Assembly (NCBI GenBank): GCA_973895155.1
Contig: OZ316891.1
Span: 16,185,137-16,249,136, forward strand
Reading direction: 5' to 3'
Length of the DNA stretch: 64,000 nt
Source: Marsupella aquatica
Taxonomy: Eukaryota > Plantae > Marchantiophyta
Part shown: positions 12,745 to 24,730 of the stretch, piece after piece
Layout of the letters: each line of letters starts with the position of its first letter
How positions within the stretch are numbered: the first letter of the stretch is position 1
Notes under the pieces: generated by a model
Told to the model about the DNA's origin: nothing
The model's database searches: none
What the model saw: the letters and a program-made list of their open reading frames with translations, nothing else
Position numbers and translations under genes: made by a program

Positions 12745-15700
12745 ATGGAGGTATTCCCCTCTTCTTCCAGAGGGTATAGTGGGGTTCCTGACCAAGAGCG
12801 AGCTTATTCTGAATCTTCGCAGTCTTCGTTTACTGGTTCAGTCTATACACGTCGTGTAACTCGTTCCTCAAAGTTGTTGCCGCTCACTTCTGTCAGCGGT
12901 GTTTTGGGTCCAAATCCTTTGCGAAGAAAGATGGACAACGTAGACACAATTGCGATCCAGGATGTTGCGGATTGCGCGCTTGCTGAGACTGATCTCATTT
13001 CGAAACATGTCATGTCTTTTGGAAAGGATTCTCGTGGATTTGACAAGGAGCCGCCTCGAATCCCTCTGTGTCGATTGGTTCACATGGAGGTGGTTCGTAC
13101 TCTGCAGAAAGACAGCTCTTCCATCGAGAAGCTGAAAGACTCTTTTTGTAGTATGGGTTACAACTCTTCAATAGGGATGCATTTCTATGTGCAGCCAACG
13201 AATGAGAACGAAATTGTTCTGACCTGTACCCAGGACATTCGTGATTCATGGGATCCAATATGGCAATTGGAGAACAAGAAGTTTGAGGCTGAATGCGAGG
13301 CTGACCCGGATTTTCTCGTCTTCAAGGATAAGATGTTCTCTGTATTCGATGGAAATCACAGGCTGTACTCTTGGACGCTTGTAACAGAGGAGAACCCGGA
13401 CAATCCAAAATATCATCCTCGTGTGCTCTGTACAATATTTAAAGGAGACAAGGGATCTCTCATTGAAATTGAGGCAGCTATGCACACCGTGAATCAGTAA
13501 GTTCTCATGATTTCCAGTTCTTTCCTAAATCTTGCGAGTGCTGTATTTACTAGCGCTCGGCGCTGCTTATACATGAATTGTTTTTCATTGACTCTTACTC
13601 TCAACGTTTGTTCGTGTAGGCTTGGCCAAGCAGTTGTAGAGCCTTCCTGGATCCTGGATGCGGACAGAATCAAACAAATTCTGGCGCATGACCTTGAGTA
13701 TTACAGTAAACTGATTGACCTGGGTAATTTCAAGAAGTTTGAAAGCATTCGGCTGAAAACTCGGAAGGGGTCATGGTATACGAAGAAGATGCCACAAGAA
13801 GCACTTGTTTACATTCTTTGTACGTGAGAATAAGATAAAGTCGTACTCGCATCAATTCAAACTTGACATGGAGGCAGCGGAGGCTCAAGGGAGTCCATGG
13901 TCGGCGGAGGAGATTTCAAAACGGCATGCGGCCATGATGAAAGATGCAACCAAAGATTGGGCAGTGAAGTCTTCAAAAATTACGCCCTTATTAAGTCCTG
14001 AATTTGAAGATTTCCTCAGTACATGTGCAGAAATGTATGCTGTCACAGAGAGAAACAAGAGAGAGAAGAAGCCTGACACCGTTGTATGTACGATGGACCG
14101 CGCACGATTGTTCACCGCTGTTTCTGCTCTAGACCCAAAGTTATGAAGCACTTTACTTGTGGCACATTGCAATCCTGAGCTGCGGAGACAGTTTTTTCAC
14201 CCAGCAAGTGTTAACGATGATCCAGTCAAACAGTGGTGCCACACTTGGATCACTTGGAATAGTGTGGAGGGAATTGCTACTGGCATGTTACATTCATGTC
14301 TACGTAAAGTTGAGCAAACCATGCCCGCGAATAGATTGGAAGAGTGGAATTGTAGTTCGTTTGATGATCTAGTTCAGTTTGTTACAAATGAATTCAAGAG
14401 ATTTGGTGATTCCGTGAAGAATAAGTTCTTTCACACTATGTGGCCTTCAAAGTACCCTGACAAAGAAGATTACACCCAGAGAAACCAGAAGCGAGCGAAG
14501 AGGTTTGTGTATAGGTTCTACATGCACATGGAGGTAACCAAACCTGATTACTTCTGGGCATATCCTGCAGCTTTTATGAAGTGGATTTCAATAAGTGAAG
14601 ATGATGCCTTGGCTGATTTGTACTCTATGTACCCCACGGAGGGCATATTTCCTCCGAGACCAATGACAGAATGGGAGAGAACTCACTGCCCCTGGTATCT
14701 AGATACAAATAGATGGGATTCTCCTTTTGATCAAAGGGAAAAAGATGCCTTCCATAAGCTTTCAAAGTCTCAGATGCCAGCAAAACTTGTGTCCGACATG
14801 AAGCAGGGTCTACTTGACAATGTAGACAAGTCTGCCATAAACTTGCAAACTATCTGTGAAACAACTGTTGTGCATGTGGACCAGAGTCGCAAACCTCGTG
14901 CGAAAGCCAAAGCGGAGCTAGCAGCACCGAGCGAGTCTACTAAATCTGGAAAGAAGAGTAAGTATTGCTATCCATGATTTTGCCAGCCCCAGGCGCTGGC
15001 AAAAAATATTCTGTTGAGGGTATTCTCTTTCTTGGTTAGCGCCAGGCGCTAGCTTCTTTCAATACTTTAAAAGTACTTATTCTAACTACGACCTGGTTAT
15101 ATTTTAGGAGGGAGGAAGTCTAATACGGTGGGAACGGGAGATACGAAAAAGGATGCTACACCTGAAGTTTCCGAGGCAAACACGGGAGCTCGATCGGACC
15201 CCATTACTCCAGTCGATAGAGGGAAGGTTATAGTTCCTATCGACGCCACGAGTACCAAGAAGAAACGAAAGAGAGCTGTCGAAGGTGTCTCGCCATTGCA
15301 TGGTTGAGACAAGCCTTTCTGAATTTTTTGACTCGACGTTCAACAAGGAGGAGAAGCCCGAGTGGGTTAGTGATGTGGAGAAATGGGGAAAAGACCTCGT
15401 TAAGTTGGGATTTAAAGAGAAGGGAGTTGTTTGGGGGGGAAAAGTAACATCATTTGGAGTGGATGTCGGCTTCATTTACCTACCGACCGGGTTCAAACCA
15501 TCTATCATTCATAAGAAGGTTCCTAAATGGAACATTCCAGATCACTCAATGGCTAGATCTTTTTTCAAATCCATGGATCCATTTTTATCAAATGATGGGT
15601 TCCTTGTAATTCTACACAATGGGGAGTACGATCCCATGTCGCAAGTCATTGCTGCCTGTCAGGAGTCAAGGAAATTTCAGTGTATATGCTCGCATAATGT

Positions 15701-16727
15701 TGTGATGTTTGACCCGATGTATGCGGCAAAGACAGACCGAGAGATGTTTACCCTCAGGCTTGACATATTTGGCCGAATTAATGGGAAATGTAAAATTCCC
15801 AAAGACCCCAAATTTCGGCCGCTGTCCATCAGTGAGGACCCTTCGGTTACCAATTTGATCGGACTCTCTTCGCTCAAATCAGATCCATTCTCGCAAATGG
15901 AGTTTACTGGAAATGCTCGTTTGTCTGTGGGTTTTATGCAATCTGTTATAGAGCTTGTCACACGGCCTCGTGATATTTTTATGGATTGGACTGCTGGGTC
16001 TGGAGGCTCTTACATTGCTGGCGACTTATCTGGACGATTTGTACTCGGGATAGAACACCGGAAAGAATTTATTGAAACCGCTTCAAAGGTTTTCATGGAT
16101 TTGTTGTCTCCCAAAGAGATTGCAGTGTTACCTCCACCTGTTCCTACTGCCGACAGAAAAAAAAGAGATAAGCTTCGGTCGGTTCTCAATTTTGATTCTG
16201 ATGATAAATCGAGTGAAGGTGGAGAGGAACAAGGTACAAGAAACTCCAAGGAGGAAAAGGGAGAGCATCGTGCAGCTGCAGATGAAACCGATAGTGATGA
16301 CTCTTCCGAGTAATGTTCATAAACTCGTAAGCTTCTTTCTCCATTCCCGTCAATTCATAACATTTCTTTTGTTGTTTTGGGGAAAGGCGCCTTACAAAAT
16401 GGACTTTGTTATATCAGGTCAGAGTGGAATGCAAGGAGACGATTCAAACTGCGGAGGAAGATCGCGAGACACAACGTAGAAACACCAGAAAAACCGTTTG
16501 TTCTTCCCTCCTATGCAGAGAAAGCCGCAAGGAAAGTAGAAAGTGCAAGGACACTTTGCTGGGAAAACAAAGGTCTTCGGTTACGAAGGGGTGTTGACCG
16601 AAAGTTCATTAAACATCCTTATGTTGATGACTTCTCCCGCAGCCAGTACGTAAATGATGAGGCTGTGTCCACAGACAGATCCCAGAGTACAGATTCTGGT
16701 TCCGACTCAGAATCTTCGGAACCGTGA
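12745..16727 (+). pseudogene. Spliced ParB/Srx-like plus N4/N6 DNA methyltransferase-like fusion gene, copy 1 (4 exons; frameshifts and a stop)
   Basis: Exons 12745-13496, 13620-14957, 15108-16309 and 16418-16727 with GT-AG junctions shared with copy 2. Motifs FSVFDGNHR and FMDWTAGSGG...GRFVLGIE. Lesions near 13822, 14144 and 15285. Confidence 0.8.
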
Positions 16728-16989
16728 GAAGTAGTGGGTAGTTGAGGCTAAATCTTTTAGCAGCGCCCGGCGCTTGTAACATCTGTATTATTTCCCTCTG
16801 CTGAGGGTCCTTTTAAATTGTTGATTTCTCTCTACTTGTTGATTACTTTTGACTTCTGTTCTTTACAAGCGCCTGGCGCTCGCCAAATGGAATCTCTAAA
16901 TGGCCGTTTAGTCTTTGTTGTTTCCTGTCAACGGTCATCGTCATTGGATACCAACTGCCATTTGGATTATGTTCTTTAGTCAGTCATCG

Positions 16990-17370
16990 GAAAACCGTTG
17001 GGGACCATAGTTTTGGGACGATGATTCCATAGTTTAGGGACCGGGCGGAAGGGACGACTATAGTTTCAGTTTAGGTTTGTTTGGGACGACGAGAGTTGGG
17101 GACGTCGATAGTTGAGGACGACGATAGTTTTGGGAGGATGATAGAATGGGACGATAGAACGGGACGATAGAATGGGAGGGGAGACTTTGTTTCGGGATGA
17201 CGATAGAACATGACGATAGAACGGGATGATAGTTCATTTGGGAAGACTTTGTTTCGGGAAGACGATAGAATGGGATGTTAGAGCAGGGCGATAGAATGGG
17301 ACGATACCTGTTACCAAGGCGAAGATAGTTTCGGGAGGCAATAGAACGGGACGATGATAGTTTGATGGTC
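16990..17370 (+). repeat. Degenerate GGGACGATAG-like tandem array inside MULE copy 1
   Basis: Many gacgatag, gggacgatagaa and gatgatag units in about 380 bp; not seen in MULE copy 2. Confidence 0.7.
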
Positions 17371-19543
17371 GTTTCGGAACGGTAGTGTACGCGGACCTTT
17401 ATCTGGCATCTTAGTCTTCGTGGACCTTTCTTTGACCTTTGTCGGCTATAGCACTCGTGGACGACGTTCTTACGGGAGGAGAGGTTACATATTAGATCGG
17501 GATCTTTGAAACATGGCGAGTCAGTATGAGCCAATGGATTGGGAGGCAACTTTTCGTCCTTCTCGTGTGCGTCCGAAAGAGAGCCATTTCAGCTCTTTTG
17601 AATCGCGGATGGAGACTAAAGAAACTGAAACTTCCACTTTTTGGAACCGTCATGCTCTCCCGTATGATGAGGCTATTAGTCCTAGAGAGAAAAACATCCC
17701 TTGGATTGTCGATTCCCCTGCGCCTCCGTTCTCTAGTCGGTTTTCGTCTCACCCGGGAGTTCTTGTTGATGGGGTACTCCCAATCGATTGAAGAGTACAA
17801 GAAATGTTCGGGCGAGTTGATTTTAAGGACAGTAATATTCCTAATGAACATTTTACAAAGGCTGTTCGTCGAGGACCTTCAGAGGGATACGTTCATTTGC
17901 GTGGTCTTGGCTTCAAGAAAGATCGGCGGAGAGAAGCAGCAGGAGTGGATGATGATTGCAACTCGGAAAGCTAGATGGAAATTTTGTTTTGCTGATCGCT
18001 TTAAGCTAGCGCCGGGCGCTGCTAAAGTTTTCCGGATTTTGTGGCATTGAAGTCGACCTTAGCTCTGGCGTTAGGGTTTTCCCGGTTGTCTACTATTTAG
18101 GTTTTGGCTAGCGCCGGGCGCTATTGAAACGACAACGGATTTTGTGGGAGGGAATGGATCTTGACTATGTTGTCTGGGTTTGGACGCATCTTGTCTCCAA
18201 GAAACGACTAGTTTTCTAGTTAGTTTTTGGCTAGCGCCGAGCGCTGTTCATGTATTAGTCGAAAACCTCTGACGGTGTCGACCGTGACTTCATGGATGGG
18301 ATTTTTAGGCCAGATTGTTGATGTTGATAACTGCATTTTGTATCACTTAAGCCGAGCGCGTTTTCTATTTTGCGATAATATATGCGAATGTTTTTTCCGG
18401 CCTTTCTTTTCTACTTGTATTTGTCTTGGATTTTGTGTATCTCAATTGGCAGCCGTCTTTTATGTTTCAAAAAATTGTTTCCGTGTTGTTCTTTTATTTA
18501 TCACGAGGGTTTGGTGGTTTTGCTTTCTATTCTTGTACTTTCAAATGGAGATTTTGAGACCTTTTTTTAAGATCACTGTTCACGACCATCCAAACACTGT
18601 TCACTAGTAACAGCTCCTTTTAACTGGTACCAGAATCTGTTTCCTGTTACTGTTATCTGTTTGCTATCGTTTGTAAATTCCCCGAGTGGGCAGGGCGGGC
18701 GCTGATCTCCAAGTTTAGACTAAGGATCAGGACCAGGAGATGGCCCTGACACTTAGATTAGTGGGATTGCGGATCCACGAGTGAGGGCGACACTTGTGCT
18801 CTTGCCTCGCTGTACATAGGTAGATTATAGTTAGGTAGATTACAGTAAGTAGATTAGGCTTACGCTGCAAGGAATCAGGCAGATCCACAACCAGGATAAG
18901 TACCTGGGCTGCGGGGAGTTAAGGGCCTCTTCTTTAGCAAGTTTTTAGTTGCACCAGCAGGGCTGGGATCAAGTAGTAAGAGAAGCTCTCGGTTAGTTAT
19001 ATAGTGACCCTTGTGTATATTCATGTTTCCTCATACCTAAGAACTGAATAGAGTTGGCCTCACGGCTTAGTTCGCAGAGCTTGTGTATCAGATGTACTGT
19101 TTGTATGGCAAGTGCAAGGTATAACTCAGTCAGAAGGAGTCATTTTGCTATTTGTGTGTCGCATTAACTTGTGTGAAGAGTGCCCACATCAATGAAGGGA
19201 AGTAGCAAGGGAGTGAGAGATGGATGTGTCGAGCTGAGAGAGGTCTTAGCGGCTTAACCAAGCCAAATTGGGGATCATTCCGGCGGCGAAATCCAAACAT
19301 ACCTAATGGAAGACCAGGAGAGGAATACAAGGGAGGGCCTAGAATAGGCCAGCTAAGTATCTCATGACCCGATGAAGGATTTGTCCAATATATGTGTGTA
19401 AAATGTTAATCGTAGTAGTAGAGGAGATTAGCAACGTCCCATGCCGCTAAGCCGCGGAAACGGCCTCGTCAAGAACAAAACCTGCGGGAATCGGCTTGTG
19501 CGGGGGGGTTTCTTGGGTTTGGGGCGCCATGGGACGCACCACA

Positions 19544-20767
19544 AAATGCTTCTATCCAAGTTTGCACCTTTTACTCTCCGGTTTCTATAACTGAAGAATT
19601 TATCCAAGGGCTCTTCCTTCTCCCCTTGGTTTTCCTCCGTTGATTTATGTTTGGCTGCTTCTATGATTTGCTTCTTCCCGTTCCCAGGTTGCTTCATTTG
19701 GGATCCTCCTCCTCCTTTTGTTGTTTCCTCTTCTGTGGCTGCACTCTTGCGCTTCCGATCATCAGTCGTGCCTGATTTTCCCATCATTAGCTGTGGTTTA
19801 CTCCTCTGTACCCGTGTGGTCATTCTCTTTAGTTGTTCCCCGATCAGAACCTGAAAATGTGACTCAATTTTTGCTGGTAGATAGCTTCTGGTTGCGATAA
19901 GTTTCTTTGCTTGTTTAAGTGCTGAATGAAAGCCCTCGTGGAAAAATGACGCCCAATTCTTTTGTTTACCATCGCCCTCCTCCATGATCTTTATCATGAA
20001 CCGTGGGTACTCCGACCTTGGGCGCTTCCAGTGCAAAGCATGAGTCACAAACTCTAATCTTTCCTTGATCTTATCATCGGTGCACTGTTGCGTCTGGTAG
20101 CCTCTGGTATCGTCTACTTCTTTGTGTTGGGGAAACGAAGCCGACTGCCAATTTTCCCCATCCTTTTCTTGATTTCGGCTCCTCTGGTTGGCAACTTGAA
20201 TAGTTCTTGCAGCGTTCCCTGGTCAATCTTGATTGGTTTTCCCCTGCAGTGCCCCTGATTTCCTGAAGCCGTCCATGTGTTTATGAACTCATTGTAATCT
20301 TTTGATTCCAGATCGGTGGTCGTTGCCCATTCCAAATAAACAAACTCTTCGAGTCCTTGATTTCTCAAGAACTGTTTATGACTATCGCTCCTCATGTTCT
20401 CCAGTATGTGTGGTTCCATCCCTTCGAACTTGAGTACATGCTTCCCCGTGTTGCGATCTTTCTTTACTTGCTTTTTGTTTCCACGCTTTGCAACCAACTC
20501 CTCTTCTTCCTTCGTAGATTCCCCTTCAGTTTCCTCTTCCTTTGATTCAATTACTTGCCTCTGCGCTTTACCCTTAATCGTTTTGGCTTGCCTCAATCCT
20601 AACCTCTTGGAAATTGTCATTTTGACGTTGGGTGGTGTGTCTTTGCTAACTACCACAATCTCCACATCTACATCTGCTCCTTCGATCAAGTTGTCTATCT
20701 CCGCCTCTGGTTCCAATTCCTTCACCTTCTGTTTCTCCTTGTTACTCGTTAATAGTTTCTCATCCAT
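19544..20767 (-). pseudogene. Family E accessory ORF with the shared GLE.F..L.W domain
   Basis: NQGLEEFVYLEW...EFINTW...RGKPIKIDQGTLQELFKLP...KNWASFF. Confidence 0.6.
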
Positions 20768-22036
20768 ACCATCTGATTATTCTTCATCGTCTCCTTCCTG
20801 TGATTTGACTCGCTTTCCTTCTCTTAAAAGTATTTTTTGTTGTATGATCGCTTCCTGCAAGTCTACAGGCTGGTCCTCCTATATCGGTGTTGCTTCCTCG
20901 AGTCTTTGATCCTCCGGTTCTTGCTCTTCAGTCAGTTTCTCCCCTTCTTCATAACCCTCTGTCTCTTCCATCCCTGTGGAACACTCCCTTCCTCGCGTTC
21001 GATAGCTTTCGCATCAAAATCTTCTTGTGAGTTACTTCCTTCCATTGCTGGCGTTTCCAATAACTCAGCCACTGTCAACTTCTTCCGGGGGTTATCGTCT
21101 CCAAACAATCCTAACCTCTTCAACGTGATCATCTTCATTTTCACCGGTAACAAATAACGATTAGCGCCAATTCTAGTCCACTTGAACTTCAGCTCTCTCT
21201 GATACCCACTCCACTCCGCTGTTGCTCTCAACTTCTTGGCTAGGTGTAAGTAAGGTCTCTAATTTAGTAATGCTCTTATAGTTGCCAAAGTCTCACTCCT
21301 CTTCCCTTTCGCCCAACTTCCATGCATTTTCAACAAAACATGCAACTTCCTTGTTAATTGATTCTCAATACAGGGAACAACATTGTGTTTGAGTACGGTA
21401 TCTGTGGCTATCCATGTTGAAGTATACCCGTTTGTGTGGCCTATAACCACCGCTTGATAGGGAAACGACTTTCTTCTTTCTTCCCGCCAATTGGTCGCTA
21501 AACACGTACCTCCAGTCATTAACGTGAAAAATCTCATACAAATCCTCTTTAGATAGTGTAATCGACTATATCTGATACGGTTGGATATGAATTGAGGTTT
21601 TTAAACCCAATGTCGGCTCATTTATGTACCTTACCACTTCCTCATTTTTTCCGTCCGGTTTCTTTCCAGTTAATCGTCGTGTCTCTTCGTATGATCGTAA
21701 CCATTCTACAATTTGTGCTGTCATACCCTTCGCCTTCCTTTCGTGTGATAGCTTCCTTTTCCTATTTCTATCCTTTACCTCTTGATTAGTGATAGTCACG
21801 CTAGCTACCATACAATTACTTAATTCGTCCTTTTGTCATTTTGTGAAGGAACCTTCCGTCTTATCTTTGGAATAACCCATAGAATCAGTTGTGATGATTA
21901 ATGTTCGTACAATTTCCCTGTCGTCCTCCTCATTGTGATTATTGACGACACCTTCCACCTCTCTTAAGTGAACATCATTCTTAACGTGATATGACTTGAG
22001 CTTGTTTTCGTTTACCAGCTGTCGCTCACTTCCGTC

Positions 22037-23505
22037 CTAACTAGTGATATCAAAAGTTCCATTTCCCCATACCTTGTGTACAATAAATGGTCCTTCCCAC
22101 TTAAGTTTTAATTTTCCTTTCTTTATACGAGCCCTTTTCTTACACCACAACACTAATTCTCCTTCATAGAATATTGTGATGTCTCTCTGTTCATCTATCC
22201 ATCTTTTCCGCTGCCCTTGTACATGTTCCAGATGTTCTTCTGCGTTTCTTCTCTTCTCTGTAAGCTCCATCAATTCTCTTAGTTGTTGGGTTAAACTTGG
22301 ATTTTTGTTAATATCATAATCTGTAGCCACTTGTAGACTTGGTAATTCATATTCTGATGGCATCCGAGCTTCTACTCTGAACATGAATTGAAATGGAGTA
22401 TGTCCTATGGTTACTTTATACGCTGTACGAAATGCCCATACGGCTGCTGGTAGTTGTACATCCTAGTCATTTTGCTGCTCATTAATCACTTTTCTTAAAA
22501 CATTCAGTAGAACTTTGTTCGTAGATTCTGCTTGCCCGTTGCATTGTGGATAATAAGGGGTTGAAAATTGATGGTTGATATGATAATTTTCCGTTAATTC
22601 CTGAATAGTGTTATTCAGAAAATGCGTACCTTGATCGCTTACTAACTCTCCGGGTAATCCATACCTTGTAATGATATTTTGATATAAAAACTTTGTAGTC
22701 ACCTTGGCTATATTTTTGCGAGTTGCTATTGCTTCCACCCATTTAGTGGTGTATTCTGTTGCTGCTAAAATGTAATGAATTTGGCTGAACTTGGAAGGTG
22801 GTGTTATCGTCCCAATAAAGTCTAATCCCCATTTCTGGAAAATATAAGGAGCAATAATAGGCCTGAACTCCATACTCTCTTTGATCGGCCCTGTACGTTG
22901 ACACAAATCACAAGTCTTAACAAATTCCCGGGTATCCTTGTGCATTGTTCTCCACCATCGTCCTTGTTGCAATATTTTCCTCAATGTGATCTTTGCACCA
23001 AAATGACCTCCTCCTAAACCTTCGTGAGCGATTACTAATGCTTCCTGCTTCTCATCTTCAGGAACTACTCTTCTGAGTATGTCATCGGGTCCTTTGTAAT
23101 AAAGTGTATGATTAATCAAAGTGTAAGGCTTAACCTTATATGCATATATTTTCCTTTCCTTATTGGATAATCCTTCTGGAAACTCAGCTGTTCGTAAATA
23201 TCTCTCTAAATTGGTTCCATCATCCAGAGTAACCAATTTTACCGGGTAGTTTTCCCTTTCCTCTTGGAATAATCCCATGTCAGGTAGTTGATCATCTTCT
23301 ACAGTGGATACTTCCCCTGATTCTAGTCTACTCAAATAATCTGGTATAACATGTGTTTTTCCTGGTTTGTAAATATTTGTGTAATCAAACTCAGCCAATA
23401 AAAGAATCCATCTAGCCATTCTTCCTGATAATTGAGGTTTGTTTACTAAGTTAACTAGAGCGTTGTGGTCTACGAAGAATACAAAACGGTTCCCTAACAA
23501 GTAGT
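22037..23505 (-). pseudogene. Gypsy RNase H C-terminus plus integrase
   Basis: HYLLG..F....DH.AL, RMARWILLLAEFD, HEGLGGGHFG...CDLC, WGLDFIG, VSDQG, NGQAESTN and W.GPF motifs; premature stops. Confidence 0.9.
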
Positions 23506-24730
23506 GCAGACAATGAGGCCCATTGAGTAGCGGTCGTGTCATAGAGCAAGTGCGGCTTTGTATGGGGGGGTTGTTGGTGGTGCGAGGGGCACTAAGTTGC
23601 TTTCTTGAGGTATTCTGTGGAGGCGTTCGGGCACCATAGGCACTTAGGCGTGGGTGTTGGGATTGGTGAGGGTGCTGGGTGGCAAGGTCCACCACCATGT
23701 TACCTGAAAACCCAAGCGTTTGAGCACCTTGCCTTTCTCCCTTGGAACACTTGCAGATACTATGGGCAGGACACAATGGAGTTTATTCAAAACTTTGACA
23801 AAGCCCGTCAAGAGACCTGTGCGCACAAATGAGTAATGTCCTTGAACAATGCACGGCTAACGCTCATCTTTGGCTTACCCAAAGGAAAGGATTGGGTGGA
23901 GTCGTAGGCACCAGCGGGCAGAGGAGCCACGTACCAGTCCTCTAGCTTCCTATCTGAGGGGTCCGTGGACAATGGTTTCCTAATGCAAACTTGCATCATC
24001 TCAGAGGTGGCAGGGCGGCTTGAGTTCCAACGGTATGCGCTCCACATGATGGAGCAGTGGGGAGAGATATCTACTACCCAGGTAATTTAGGTCGAGAATT
24101 ACCGGCCTAGGAAGTGGGCTTCATTCTTTGTCAAGAAGTTCCACAAGGAGATGGAGCGACGAAGGAAGATGTTGTACCTTGGGGGAAAGGCGTACCTAGC
24201 AAGCCACATAGAAATCATCATAGAGTGGCACGCCCGTTTCAATTGCTGCACCCTTCCCGGGTGCAACGAGTCCAAACTCACCCGGCCAGGTGGGTCGTTC
24301 CGGCTCAAGAGAAACGACCCCAACCCAAGGCCCAAAGCCCAGCATCAGCGGCCCCCATCCCTGCTCCTTCCCCAAAGCCAATCGAAGGGACTTCAGGTTC
24401 CGTGCCAGACACAAAAATCATCAGGACCTTGGACGCATAGAACCAAGCTTGAACACTCGTCGTAGCCGACCCTGTTGAAGCTGACCCAAACTGAAAGCCC
24501 CAGTCAAGGAGGAAGCACCTACATATCCAACACCGGCACCAATAGAAACCCCCTCCTTGGCGGATCTGGCTGCCCCTATTCTCCTCGCCCCAAAGCTGGA
24601 TTTGTCTGCCCCCCCTGTGATGCCTAGACAGGAATCACTCGGCCGGTTAAGTGGGTAAAGCAGGAAGGCACCCTAGGAACACCTTAGTATAGGGACAAAA
24701 CAAGGAAAATATAAACAATTAGGGGCAACC

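Larger units (their letters stand above)
12059..18246. repeat. Dispersed 15-bp palindrome TAGCGCCNGGCGCTA (at least 13 copies) in MULE copy 1
   Basis: Copies start at 12059, 12122, 12257, 12405, 12467, 13551, 14984, 15037, 16761, 16867, 18007, 18109 and 18232 (some with 1-2 mismatches). All are intergenic, intronic or subterminal. Confidence 0.9.
11281..18683. mobile_element. Non-autonomous Mutator-like element (copy 1) carrying the ParB-MTase-like gene
   Basis: 8-bp TSD GAGTGGGC (11273-11280 and 18684-18691), checked against the empty site in family A copy 2. Ends GGGTATGATAGC... and ...TTTGTAAATTCCCC resemble the ends of 46445-57026. Confidence 0.85.
1..19543 (+). mobile_element. Gypsy family A giant LTR, copy 1 (start outside window), interrupted by three nested insertions (467-2900, 5338-11111, 11281-18683)
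   Basis: Pieces 1-466, 2905-5337, 11117-11280 and 18692-19543 are collinear with the intact unit at 24616-29257 and end with the same terminus GGGACGCACCACA (19543 vs 29257). Confidence 0.85.
19544..23505 (-). mobile_element. Ty3/gypsy fragment (family E): RNase H end, integrase and downstream accessory coding region
   Basis: Pol motifs at 22037-23505 are followed on the same strand by decayed ORFs down to 19544, where family A copy 1 is inserted. Confidence 0.8.

Noticed and set aside
12745-16727. Bacterial or phage contamination (ParB plus methylase)
   Set aside because: The gene has conserved spliceosomal introns and lies in a TSD-bounded element nested in plant retrotransposons.
19428-19543. 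C-terminus of the 206-aa ORF at 19428-20048
   Set aside because: Reads into the antisense end of the family A LTR; artefact of insertion.
23506-23776. N-terminal extension of the 437-aa integrase ORF
   Set aside because: Chimeric read-through across the junction into the oppositely oriented family F fragment.
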